A stretch of DNA of 46,174 nucleotides, counting the filler, from Sphacelaria rigidula (Eukaryota), in NCBI GenBank assembly GCA_964200075.2. It is 2 parts of 2 records of this genome, joined end to end, with 100 filler letters (N's around TTAATTAATTAA, not from the genome) between each part and the next. Parts side by side here need not be neighbours in the genome. Positions count along the whole stretch, not along the records: positions 1 to 23,042 come from CAXNAA020000291.1; 1 more part is not named here. One strand, given 5' to 3'. Shown in pieces: positions 11,046-23,042 of this stretch. Position 1 is the stretch's first letter. Each line of letters starts with the position of its first letter. A model generated the notes under the pieces. The model ran no database searches, was not told the origin of the DNA, and saw only the letters and a program-made list of their open reading frames with translations. The translations under genes and the position numbers were made by a program.

Positions 11046-13359
11046 CTATGCAAAACACGGTATGGGATACCCCGGTGAATACCGGGGTATACCCTGTAAT
11101 AACGGACGCCATGCACTCCCCATGGTGCAGAAGTTGTCGGACCAGGTACGTTTTGTTTACACAAGTGATATGTACCCAGATTCCCCCTGCCTTGTGTGTT
11201 TGGACCAATTTGGATAAACTCATCATCATGTAGTCTGACACCTGTGGTCGATTTTTTTTGGGGTCTGATAGGTCCGCCACATTTTTGGTCTTCGGAGGCT
11301 TCTCCAATTTGGAATTAGTGGCGCGCAGAGAAAAACTACATAACAAGCTAAGCTTTATCGATCGAAAACATACGGTCGAAAGGCACGAAGCAGCACTCGA
11401 CTCATATCTTACAGACCATCACGCCAGATAATACCCTTTCACAGAACCATGCTCGCTCCATCCAACTCATTCTCAGCTACCATCCCAACCCTGACGGCAT
11501 CGAGTACGAGTTAAGCACACAGGGGTAGATACCCTGCAGTAGTTGGGTGTGCTTTGTTTATTTTTTGTGGGCAAAAACTTACGTATCTTCTGCCATGGTA
11601 GGATCAGCGACGGAACTGCGTGGTACGGTGTGCAACCAAATTGCGTACACGCTCATGAACAAACAGTGCAGGCAGTACAAAGCTGCACGTTTTTGAAGTT
11701 CTCCTCACGTCGAATTGTGAGCAGAGAGAACCTCTAGTCCTCGGCTCTCTGCACTGCACGTCGCCCGCTTTCGTCGAAGATCCATCCTACTGTACGAAAC
11801 ACGCACACGCGCGCTCGAGACACACTGCTTGGAAGCGGTGCAGACAGTACAGACTGTCTGGACTGTACACGATTGGGCATGTACCGTTTCATGAATTTCA
11901 CCGTCTTTTTTCGATCGAAAACTTGAAAAAATTTGTTCGCCTCAGCCGTGTGCCGTTCAACAATTGACCAGACATCCCTCTCGAAACAGACCACCGTCTC
12001 GGACGAAGGCGGCTCAACCCTCCTCGCGATAAAAAAGAGCACCGACAGCACGATAAAAACATCTGGGTTGACCTTTCCCCCGTATGTGATTGACCTCCCC
12101 CCTGTGTGTGACGCCGGCTGACGTACACACCATATATTCCGAAAGGCGGAAGACTAGCGTCGAGAAAAGATGGGATGACTACACACACCTACTGCACTAC
12201 TGTATGGTGCGGTAGTAGCATCCATTCTCCTGCGCTGTGCCAACCCCTCGTTTGGCCAAAAAGCGAGTGCTACAGTGGAACTCCGAATGCCCGCGCCGAT
12301 CATTTTTAGTACTGGGCAATAACTGCACGGGAGTACACGACGGCAGACTTGCATGACTTCAGTACACGTACGAGCGGCAGCTCGGTCTAGGACGGCGCGT
12401 GTCGGCCTTTTTCTTGGTAATTCGACAGCACAAATGGCAACACGACTCAACCATTAGACAATCTTGCTCGAAAGAACATTTTTCTAGAGTTTCGACGCTG
12501 CGACAGACATATAGTTGTCGTCTTCACATTCAAAACCGTTCCGATATGTGCGCAGTACCCTATACTGGACATCTGATACTGACACCTTCCGCGGTCACCA
12601 GCTGATACCCCTAAGCCACGAGTATAGTTGAGAAAAAAAATAGGACGCGAAGTGAACAGCCAGTTTTTTTCCCGCCAATATTTTGTCGAGTACTGTACAG
12701 ACAAAGCAATCCACAGGAGCAAAGCTGCAGTTCCAATCAGTTTCGGAAAGAGGACATTACCTGACCAGCTAGCTGCTGTTACCACACTTTCATGTACACA
12801 CGGAAAAGCGTCGTGCCGACAGCGGCACGGGGCATTGCAGCCTTGTACCGCTAATCATCATGCCACGTTTTGCAAATATAAGTGCTGTTCAACACTCGGG
12901 TACGTGGGCAGGGTCCGCTACCTCTAACCCTAAAAATGTGACGGTGAATAACACCCCGGCGGGTCTTGAGGGCTCAACCTCGATATATTGCAGAAGCGAG
13001 GCCTTATACTGCAAGCTCATCTTGTGCGCGAGGAAGTGCTGACTCATCAGATTCCACGAAAAACTTGTTGGGGGCGGAGTATCCGCATTTCTAGAAGAAT
13101 TTCAGGTTCAAAACACTCGCCGTAGGGGGTGTTAACCTGCGTTATTTTCCACACAAGAGACATCGTACATGTCGCGGGTGAAGACGGCATCAGCGCTCTA
13201 TAACATTGAAACGGTGTCCATCTTGCGCAGCTAGCTACGAACACGACCGACACTTGACGTTAAATGACATTCGAGTGGTAGGCACACCAACCGTCAACAG
13301 AAAATAATTGAGGCTGTAGGGTAGGAGGGTGTTGAGCGTGTCACCATCTTCGCGCGGGA

Positions 13360-16300
13360 ATGGCTTTTTGCGTCAACGGGGAGGAAACAAGGGACACAAG
13401 TGTCGGTTTTAGCGGTGCACCCGTCACAACTCCAGAAACAAGAGCCAAGCGCAGAATCGACAAATCGAATGTCAGGCTAAAAGCCACTGAAATCTCAAGG
13501 CAACGTGCATAAGAACTCACCACCGCGGTAGACGCCATTCCTCGTTTGCACTCTCAACAAGGCGTTGTGTCGACCCTGTCAGCTCCTCTCAAGTACAGAC
13601 AGTTGGTTGTCTCGAGGACGGTATGATCAACCGTAGCTGAACGCTCAACACGGAACACCACCCGGTACCGAATCACAATCGAGATACAGCGCAGTAGGTA
13701 TCTTTTGTACCAGCACTTTTGTATATCTGATCAGTGTGATGAACTCGAGTGGCTGCAGGAAGTTTGCTGTGGTATAAGTAGACGATACTACGTGATGCAG
13801 GCAGGAGGTGTGTCGTGCGCGCGACCGCTGAAAGTGGCAAACGGCCACATTTGCGCACAAAATCATGGAACTGACATTTTGGTTTCACCGCATTTTCAAC
13901 AAATATCTTCGGGACCCCGAAACAACGGCCACAACTACCCGAGGTAGATGCCCCGCTATTCTGGACCCCCACGCCCCACACCACCCCCCACCCCTGCAAC
14001 GACTGAATCACCCGTGGTGCTGTGGAAGTAAGATAGTTGACGTACTGCACGCTACATGCCGCCGCAATAGCCTGCTTCTGTATACACGTGATGTCTGTAT
14101 GCCCGTCACTATCACCACAACCACCACGATGTAGGCTTAGCGCAACGGTTGTCGAACTCTTGCAGCACGCGATTGTTGGACCTACCAGCAGCGATGCTCC
14201 AACGCCACCTAGTAGCGCTGGCAGGGACATATCTAGTACTTCACTTGGAGAGAACGAGCACTACCGCTGCGAGGAAGAGAGATGGATCCTTGACCGATTG
14301 ATTTTCGCGGCCAACTGCCCTCATGACGAGAGGGAGGCGAAGTCGACCCCTGCCCCTACCGCTTCTACCTGTGAGGTGTGATATCTGCCTGTTCGTCCGG
14401 TGTGTGCAACTGGCGTAGACACGCACCTGAAATTCAAGTACTGTAGGCGACCCCACCGAATGCTTTAGATTATTCTCACCCACCTCGGTCAGAGGATGCG
14501 ACCTAGCTACTATGCGCGGCCTTCACGTTGCAGGAACTAATTGTACTGAAACAAACAACCTCTGTGCTCGAGTAGTTGAGGTTACAATGTTTTGCTGGAG
14601 GCGCTGGGTTCTTTACCGTACAGTGCTGGGTATGGACAGCAACATGAACCGCAAGTTGTACCAGACCCGGGGTCTTCATTTAGCAGGGATGGCCAAAGGC
14701 CACCGCCTGCTCGTTTCTGTTGTCGCCACTTGTTGCCACAGTACGGTAGCTCTAAAGTGAACGATGTCTCTGTGAGTCAGTAACCTCACTTGCCCGTCCC
14801 GTGTTGTTGACTGTACGGAACCAAGCGCCTGTCGGTCGTATTTACTTGTACCCCACTACCCCTGTGGGGTGTGCGGGGCGGAAATCAAACGGAGAGTCGT
14901 GTGTTGTACTCCATCGCGTACCCGCACGGACCATGGCACCCGTCGTTGTTCGCTGATGACCCCTTTTTTTTTTTTATAATACCTCCTTACTCCCGTCCTC
15001 GTCCGCCCCAAGAAAAAATTGAGATGCCGTGTGGGGTACGGGTATGAAATTCGGTACAGAACTCACAAAAGTGTGGTATGGAGGAGGTTTAACAAGAAGC
15101 CTTGCATGAATCCGTGTATTTCTACAAGAGAAGACCCCCGTACCCCGGATAAGGGTATGCATCTTGTGCCGATCGTTCAAAACTGTAGGGTACCAACATG
15201 GAAGGCTTACCGAATTCAAAAAACTGACAGGTACCGGTAATACCTGGGTGAAGTACCGCGGGAATACACATGTTTGTACCGTACACGACGACCTAGATGG
15301 CCTTCGAAACATTCCGAGATCATGATTCGATATAAAATGGTGTTGCGCATGATCAGCTTTGGGTTTGGTCTAAATTAGTCCACGAAGGATTCCCCGAGGA
15401 CAGTGAAGCGGAAGAAATTTTTAAGTTCATGTTTTGTAGGGCATGAATATATTGTCCAGGGTGTAACATTTATCACCGAGTTTTCGAAACTGTCGGGTGC
15501 GGTATGGGGTATACAGAAGCCCCTACCCGCGACCAGGTATACCTCCAAGGGTATACACATACGCCGGGTAAGGGTAGCCAGTTTGACCAGATCGTACACA
15601 ACTGTTGGGTACGGGCATGGGAGGCTTACAGAGCTCACAAAAGCTGTCGGATACTGAGAATACCCGGGTAAACACCTCAGGTATACCAAAAATCGTGCTC
15701 TACAGAACGAAGCCATACGTTGTATTCTGAAGGGTATGGTACATCCCAGAGTAAAATGATCGGGGATGACGCGTTTGGTGCGCATAGCTGAGATTGTCCT
15801 GTGAGTGCACGAACATCCTGATGACCAGCGACATGACAGCTCCAGTAGTGTCGTTTGGCAGAGTGCAGTGAATCTGACGCCGCCGTCGGCTTCCATGGCT
15901 GGTGTTAGCGATTTGCTGTTGTCGTGTAAAGTCGGAAATGTTGCTGGTTGAGCTCTTTTTGGCTCTCGTACCAATGTGGTCTGCTGCTGGGAACTTGAAT
16001 GCTGTTGAGCACAGGGCACATACGTACCAGCATGTCGTGTGAAAGTGTAAATGATAAGGAGACACTGTCTCTACTACTGTATGCATCCTAGTCCATGCTC
16101 GGCTTTTCGGCTCAGTTCTTAACCACAAACTTGTACCTGAACGTGACCATAACCTTGACACGATCTTCTCAATACACGGGACTAGAATATAAAGAGCCAA
16201 CCAAACGTTCGATCCGCCTGAAACGCAGCACTCCAAGGGTATATTCATGTTTTGTGGAAGTAACTACTGGGTTAAAAAAAATCTTCACATGCGGATGTCG

Positions 16301-19300
16301 AAGCTTGGTGAAATTGTGTGTTGCGTGGATAATATGAACGCACGAGATGAATGAAGCCCGGGGGTGTATGGTTGTCCGAAGTAGGTTGAAACTCCGAGTG
16401 GTTCATGTCTGGTTTTGAAAAATTTCGCATTCGTCCCAGGAAAGTAGACGTACATCATTTTCATGAGCGCCGTGGATCGGCGGCATGAAGATGCTAGATG
16501 AGGTATGGGAGGCGCCCCTCCTGTCTGCACACGGCCCCCCGGCAACCGGCAATCTTGCATTTCGAACCCGCCCCCGCTTGACACACTATCCTCTTCGATT
16601 CCCTCTCCCTCATGAAGAAGGCCCACATGTACCGCCCACCATCCCGCGCAACCATCGAGGCAGCCGCTGATTGTGGAAGTTCTTCCTTCTTCCTGGGCCA
16701 TCTCCTTTCCTTTGGCTTCCTTTCCTTTCCCGGCGAAAATGGCCTCGAAAAACCACACACAGGAGCAGAATACTGACCCCATAGGCGCGTTGGGCACACT
16801 GCAGCTGCGTCGCGTGCTCCGCGCGATAGGATTGCCTACCGTAGGTACGCAGCAGGCGGTGCTTGCCGAACGATTGAGAGAGGCAGTGCAATCGGGACAG
16901 GCCGCGTCTTACGCGGACAAGACGAATTCTACGGCAGCTGGACCAAATCAATGCGGTGGGTCTTGCGTCGTTGTCCATATTTTTTCCGTCTCCATTTCTG
17001 CTGTCCGGTGTACCCTTCGAGAGTTTTGTACGGCTTCATGAATCGAGGATGGAATTGCGTGGTCACAACATACATGCACCTGAACGTAACGCGAGAAAAT
17101 CATCACTTGAGGTTCATTGTAAGGGCGGCTGAACGTGTCCCCGTGATCTTGCATGCCGTAGTCGTGGTCCTCTGCAGCGTGTGACGACGTGAAGATGAAC
17201 TCCGGCGCAACTGGTGACACCGTAACAGATGAGCATTCTGTTGCACCGGTGGGATGCCTTCTCTATGGTGCATGCGGAATGACGAAAATACATGTCAGGA
17301 GCCCAAGCGACTTTGCGGCAGGAGTGAAGCTTAATCTCGTTCTCTCTCCTTGCCGAAGTTACTATTTCTTCTTTTAGCCGCGCTGGGCTCTTTTTACACA
17401 CAGTCCCGAGCAAAGTTGGTGGTGCCACTTGGCCCTGGCCGCTGGAGTAATATCTGCTACGTGTAGCCCATGTTCCGTGCTGCATGTGGCAGAGTCTCAT
17501 TTTGACCTAGCCTTGATTTATGGGCAAAAAACTGTTCAGACTGTTGCCGATTACTTTCTCCGTTTCCTCTTGCTGATCTTTTCGGCCATTTGTCCGCTCT
17601 GCATGTAACCTCGTTCAAACAGTTGTCCAGGCACGAAAGGCCAAGGCCACGCTGGCTCTCGTAGAATCCCTGCTGTCGGGCTCGACTGACATCGCTTCGA
17701 TGTCCGTGAATCAGCCGCACGTACCATCCTCGCCCATCTCAGACGAGCCTACGATATCTTCAAACGAAAGCGGCTTCGACATCCCCATTACCGCCACCGC
17801 CATCGCCACCGCCAACAGTAGCACCGACACCGGTGATGATATAATGAGCAGCACTAGCCCCATCGTCGACAACGACGGCGTCCACAGCGATAACGCCCCC
17901 AGTGCCACCACTACCACTGAAGCCAGCAGCAGCAGCAACAACAACAAGAACATCAGTGAAGCCCTCTCAAACACAATCGCCGACAACAACACTCCCGCCA
18001 TTTCGACAACCACGACGACGAAGCCCCTTGCGGAGACCACAATTCTGACAACAGCAGGCGCATCAGCACCTGTACCGGTCCCATCATCCCAGACCTCGAG
18101 TACTACCGAAGCCATAACCAGCCCAAATGCAGTAGCCGCCCCCCCAGCGACCGTATCCCAGTCGTCTACATTGGCCACCGCCGAGGTGCCAGCTACGGAC
18201 GAACCACCCGGTTTCACAAGCACAGAGCCCGTCGCCGCCGTTGTTGACGGAGATGAAGACGGAGGAGGGGTGGTGGTGAAGGTACCCTCGGCCGCCAGCC
18301 TCACATCCACAACGTCTGTCACTGCCAGCGAGACTTCACTGTCGTCGTCATCATCGTCGTCGCCATCGCCTCCATCATTACCGTCGTTTGCGCCGCACGA
18401 ACGAACCCCTCCGAAGTCGGCACCGGCCGGTGCTACCTCTGCTCCCGTCGTGAAAACGAGTGGGGAAGATGTAGAAAAGTCAACGAAGACTATAACACCA
18501 TCGCGAGATGTGACCGGAAAAACGGCGGTCACGCCAGTAGCAACGGAGACGACAGCGAGTGCGTCGGATGTTGTCGACGCAAAAGGCGTCGCGGAGAAGA
18601 CAGGCGAAAAGACTACTGTCGCCTCAAATACCGCGGAGAACAGGGCGGGCGTGTCTTCGGCGTCGAAGAAGACGGGCTTACCGGTGCAAGGTCGCGCTAT
18701 CCATACCTCACCGTGGGGGTCTTCATCGTCTGCTCGCTTCGCCACTACTAGTAAGAAGGCCCCAATGCCGGCGCCAGCGCCTGCGGCGCCCAAAGGTGAG
18801 CAAAGGATGGCATGTTTAAATATTGGTAGGGTATTGCAGATTATAAAGTCCTCGGACATCCTGTTTGCTCAAAAAACTGCACTCGCATCAAAATATTGGC
18901 TGCGGGGTGTGCTGTGGTTTGAATCGTCTCCTCTTCGGATATCGCATATCTGCAACGGGGCAGCCGTACAGCACCGTACCGCACTGACTTGTGTGTCATA
19001 GATTTCCACACTTTGAAGCGACGAATGCCCACACGAGGAAGAAATCACGGTAGCAGTGTAAAGCATTTTTATAACCTGGATCAAAACATTCGTGTTACGG
19101 AATACACGAACTTTCATTATCGTCCGGCGTACCCGAAGCCAAGAATTTTCGCAATCTTGGTCGCGAGCAGCTTTCGGTCTGTCGTCCTACGCAGATTAGG
19201 CTCTGGTTCCGCACCAACCGGCGGACAAAAATGACCGAACACCGTCTTGAAACGGGGGTGCGAGAGCCCTAGCCTCTGGAAGATTGCATGCACTTGCTTT

Positions 19301-22300
19301 AATTTGTCAGCATCATCCAGACACTAAAAAGGCTTGGTGTTTATGGCCTCGTTCACGGGAACACTCAGCCCCATTTTTGAAGGTGTGGAATGAAAGCAAA
19401 ACGATGAAGCCGGACTCACGAAAAAATCCAGTCATCACTCGTGCGTGTCATGCTCCACACGAGATTCGCTTACCCCCATTCGGTTCCACCGCATCCTCTC
19501 TCCTCCGAACCCCCGTTACCTTTACTGAAGGCAACCCGTGGCGAAGAAGACAAGCCGGCGGTGGGCGGGTCGCTGCTCTCATCGGAAACTTCGATGCGAA
19601 GAGCAAGGAAGGCAAGGCCAAAGTCAGGGACGTCAAGGATAGGGCCAAAGAAGTCAAGGACAGGGCAGTAGGCGCTATGAAGGACAAAAGGTCATCGACG
19701 GACCTGAAAGAGAAAGCCAGGGACGCGAAGGCCAAGGCGAAGGGGTGGACCAAGACAAAGGTGGAGATCAAGATCGTGAGGGTTAGCCCGGGAGACGACG
19801 GGAGTAAACATCAGGAACGCCAGCAAGAGCATGGCACACCACTCCAGGCGTCGGCGGGGGTCATCGGGGGCGCTCAGCAACCGCTGCCAACGGTCGGCAA
19901 CAGTTGCAACGCGGCGAGCAGCCCTGCTCACGGGGCGATCAACACGAGTAACCCGGGTCAGTCGGAGGGCAAGTCGAACAGTGGTAACGTTGTGCCCAAC
20001 AAAACCGCCGATATCTCGCCGACAGCCGACCCGGAGGTTGACCCGCAAGTCGCCGGAGAGATCGCTACCCCCCAAACCGTCTCAGCCTGTCCAAAAAACG
20101 GCAGCCACTTTGAGGTGCCGACCTCGGTGTACCCTGCATATAGTCCTGGGGCAACCACTCCTACTACGAAAGAGACCACTCTCGCTGTGGACACATCTAC
20201 GAAGCGCGGCTGGGGTCCACCGAAAGCTGCGCCGCTGACGAAGAGCATCAGCACACCGGTGTCTCCCACACCATCAATTGCGAGCGCCTCGACCATGAGT
20301 CTCAGCCCTCCTCCGTCCCCTAGACCCGGTAAAAACAGGTCCGCTGGTTCCTCTGCTTGCCGCAAGCTCTTCAGCCCATCCACGTCTGGCACTGCCAACT
20401 CCTCCACTCAGTGTCCGTCCACCACTACTTCCACTACTGCTAATGCCCTGCCGAAGTCCAGGTGGGGGCCGCCGTCCGCCACGCCGTATTTGGTGAACAG
20501 CGTGTCATCACCGGAGGCTAGCCGACCGGGTGGTGTAGCTGATGTGTTGCCGGGTTCTTCACCTTCCGGTAGTATCCCCAGCCTTCCCAAGAAGCCATCA
20601 CCGCCATCATCTTTTTCGAAGAAAGTTCCTGCGGGTGCGAGCACCGCGGTAGGTGGCGGAGGAGGTAAAGCGCCTCCGCTGCGAAGTAGTCGCGACGTGC
20701 CAACCCAGTCTGCCAGCAACGACAGCAACGGCAGCAACTCCCCGTCTCCCCCGTCCTCAGCTGCCTCCACTACTGCGGCACCTCCCAAAAGCAAAGGCCA
20801 GGCAACACCAACACCAAACCCCAACCCCAGCGCACGGAGCGCCTCGAACATCAACAGTAGCAACAACACCGAACCCCAATCCGCGACAGCACCACCAACC
20901 AAGAGTGCTCTCAAGAAGCTACGGCCGCCGCCGCCCAGCAGCCCAGCACCTCCGGTGCCCCAGCGTTTGATCATGGCCCAAACCACCCCTGCAACAGCGG
21001 CATCGGGCGCTTCGCAACTGGGGGGCTGCTACAACCCGCTGCTGCCCTCGAAGCTCGTCGGCGGTAGTGGTGGTGCACGGCCCGCGATTGGAATAGCCAC
21101 CGGTACTGCTTCTTCGATAGCCAACAGCATGGGTGGTGGACTCAAGAGGGTCGGTAAAAAGGCCGGAGGGGGTGGAGCTACCGTTGGTTTTTCGACTAGC
21201 GGGCCAAGGTTGCCTGCGCCGCCGAAGGCAACGGTGGTGGCTAACGCCGCCGTGAGTGGTGGCCCCTTGTCTCCGGTGCAGCAACCGCCGTTGTTCCAGG
21301 GAAAGGAAATCATGGTGGATTATGGCTTCGGTGCGGGAGATGGACACGACAGCGACAGTGACGGGGGAGAGGAACACGAGAGCGACGACGAGTACCATGT
21401 GTGAGTTTCACGCTATCTCGTCTTGAACGACGTTTTCACCATGTCGGTCCTGGTGATGATGGTCTCTGATGATGCTCTCTGATGATGGTCTCTGCTGGTG
21501 CCATGGGGTCTGTCGGCCCTGGTGATGATGGTATCGGGCGTCCGTGCGTACGCTTTTGCTCACTGTATGGTGCTTTCTTGTCCTCATGTGCTGTCGTTCT
21601 TGCTGTTATTGTATTGATTGACTTGCTTGGTGTCTTCTTTTGAGACGCTTTCGGACCTAGCCTGTGCTCGTTGGTCTGGTTGGTTATATTGTATATGGGC
21701 CAGCCTTTGACACTTCTAGCGCACGTAATTGTACCGGAACGGCTGCTCTACTCGGACCGCGTGATGCAACAGAAAACCGCATCGAAACTTACGCCAGGGC
21801 GTTGGTGATGCCAGATGACGCTCAAGGTGAAGGGTCATACGACAACTGGTATCGATGCCCTCGTAAAGCAAGTTGGGCCTAGGGAACTATCTGCACAAGT
21901 GCTGTATCCCGTCTCCCCGGTATGCCCTCACGTGTATCATACAAAGGAGGATGGCGGACTCACATATACTGTTTTGGCGTTGACCTAACGCATATGTACG
22001 TCTTCTCGTTGTCCCCGTTGCCCCCTCCAATATCGCCCCCCCCCCCCCTCCAATATCGCCCGACGGGTTACTTGTGCGCGTTTTCCAGCGGAGAGTCTGG
22101 TTCGTCGGAGGAAGAAGATGATGACCCTGTCCTGAAGCTACTCGAACCGTGAGTAAATGATGGCTTTCTCACGAAGTCCCTGCCGTCCCGGAAATGATGG
22201 GGTTGTTCGGGGTTCCAAGTGAGAAAACCAAAGTGAACCCATCGTGTCGTCATAGACCATGACTGTAGCCCACGGTTTGGTCCTCGTGGGTGATCGAACA

Positions 22301-22786
22301 CTCCCACGACCTTCTCTGCAGTAGGTATCAAGTACAGTATGCCGCGCTGAACTGATGAGCTTGGAGTTACTGGACACTCGAATAACCATGTCGTGGGGCT
22401 CGGATGGAATCTTGTTTGGGCGCCATGGCTTGGTGGACGTCTCATTGAGGACAGCGACTGGTATCTGGTTGTGTACGTTAATCTCTGGGACCTCTCGTCG
22501 AATAATGGGTCTGGTCTGTCTAGCGGCATGACTTCGGGTCGCTTGTCACAATGTAATGACTCAATCTTGTCGTTGCGTCTTTCTCTTGTGTTTTCTCTTG
22601 CCTCTCTTGCTTCGGCAGGGCGGTAATGCCCGAGTGGGCACGGAGCAAGGCCGTGGCCGAGGCTCTCCAGCGGCAGTTCGGGGGTGATACGCCCGTGAAT
22701 CCCAACCACATCTTCGTGGATTTCTTCACATGCAACCTGGAGAACATCTTCGATACCAAAAAGAAAAAATGGAACCGCAGAAGCAC
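13360..22786 (+). CDS. INCENP: INCENP-like chromosomal passenger scaffold (putative CEN-box, SAP domain, S/T/P-rich disordered region, C-terminal IN-box); >1365 aa, 3' end lost at assembly gap
   Basis: Phase-consistent GT-AG model: 13360-13504, 13583-13620, 13714-13943, 14135-14375, 16763-16955, 17178-17248, 17715-18795, 19531-21400, 22089-22148, 22619-22786. The last exon encodes MPEWARSKAVAEALQRQFGGDTPVNPNHIFVDFFTCNLENIFDTKKKKWNRRST, matching the IN-box pattern PxWA...Q...P..IF......L..IF......R(T/S)S, and follows an acidic stretch. Exons from the end of 17715-18795 onward are well supported; the 5' exons and their linkage are less certain. Confidence 0.72.
15020..15715. repeat. Two diverged copies of an interspersed GGGTAC/ACAGAACTCACAAAAG-type repeat in an intron
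   Basis: CCGGATAAGGGTA...GATCGTTCAAAACTGTAGGGTAC...GGCTTACCGAATTCAAAAAACTG...AATACCTGGGT (~15146-15260) matches CCGGGTAAGGGTA...GATCGTACACAACTGTTGGGTAC...GGCTTACAGAGCTCACAAAAGCTG...AATACCCGGGT (~15563-15675). Confidence 0.75.
16781..16888 (+). other. SAP-domain-like motif within the INCENP-like gene
   Basis: IGALGTLQLRRVLRAIGLPTVGTQQAVLAERLREAV fits the SAP consensus (L..L...ELK..L..RGL...G.K..L..RL). It lies in an exon whose acceptor CACACAG at 16762 follows a long pyrimidine tract. Confidence 0.7.
22626..22786 (+). other. INCENP IN-box (Aurora kinase-binding domain) coding segment
   Basis: PEWA / QRQF / NPNHIF / CNLENIF / WNRRST pattern. Flanked by acceptor CTTCGGCAG (22618) and donor GTGAGT (22787), and in frame with upstream exons. 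Confidence 0.82.
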
Positions 22787-22887
22787 GTGAGTTTCTGCCT
22801 GTTTTTTCTTGTTCATTTTTTTCCCTTTTTTTATCCTGCTTCACTCACTTGGTTCCACCTTGAATCTTGACCTTCGTCTTTTCCTAT

Positions 22888-22940
<53 letters not shown>

Positions 22941-23042
22941 CTTTGTTTTTTTTTTTTTTTTTTTTTTTCTCGGCTCTGTCTTCTTTTTCTTTCTGTTCGA
23001 TCCCTTTCTTTTTCTTTTTTTTTGTTCCTTTTTTTTTCTTTT

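Noticed and set aside
10640-11233. 197-aa ORF and overlapping ORFs with internal repeats
   Set aside because: They arise from the 73-bp tandem repeat; the period is not a multiple of 3 and the same peptides appear in all three frames.
11412-11533. Upstream coding exon of Aurora (minus, CTGCAG acceptor and GTAAGA donor)
   Set aside because: Stops occur in all three frames, and the longest internal ATG frame is out of phase with the ATG at 10088. At most a 5' UTR exon.
14512-14783. Additional INCENP exon after the TTGCAG acceptor at 14533
   Set aside because: Joining to the available upstream donors gives in-frame stops, so I could not place it in the model.
16739-16955. ATG 16739 as start of a separate SAP-domain gene
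   Set aside because: A long pyrimidine tract and first-AG acceptor at 16762, in phase with exon 14135-14375, favour an internal exon. Not fully excluded.
17711-21398. Long minus-strand ORFs (382, 192, 159, 149 aa)
   Set aside because: Antisense shadows of the low-complexity plus-strand INCENP-like exons.
21450-21532. TGATGATGGTCTC short repeats
   Set aside because: Ordinary degenerate intronic minisatellite with no further structure.
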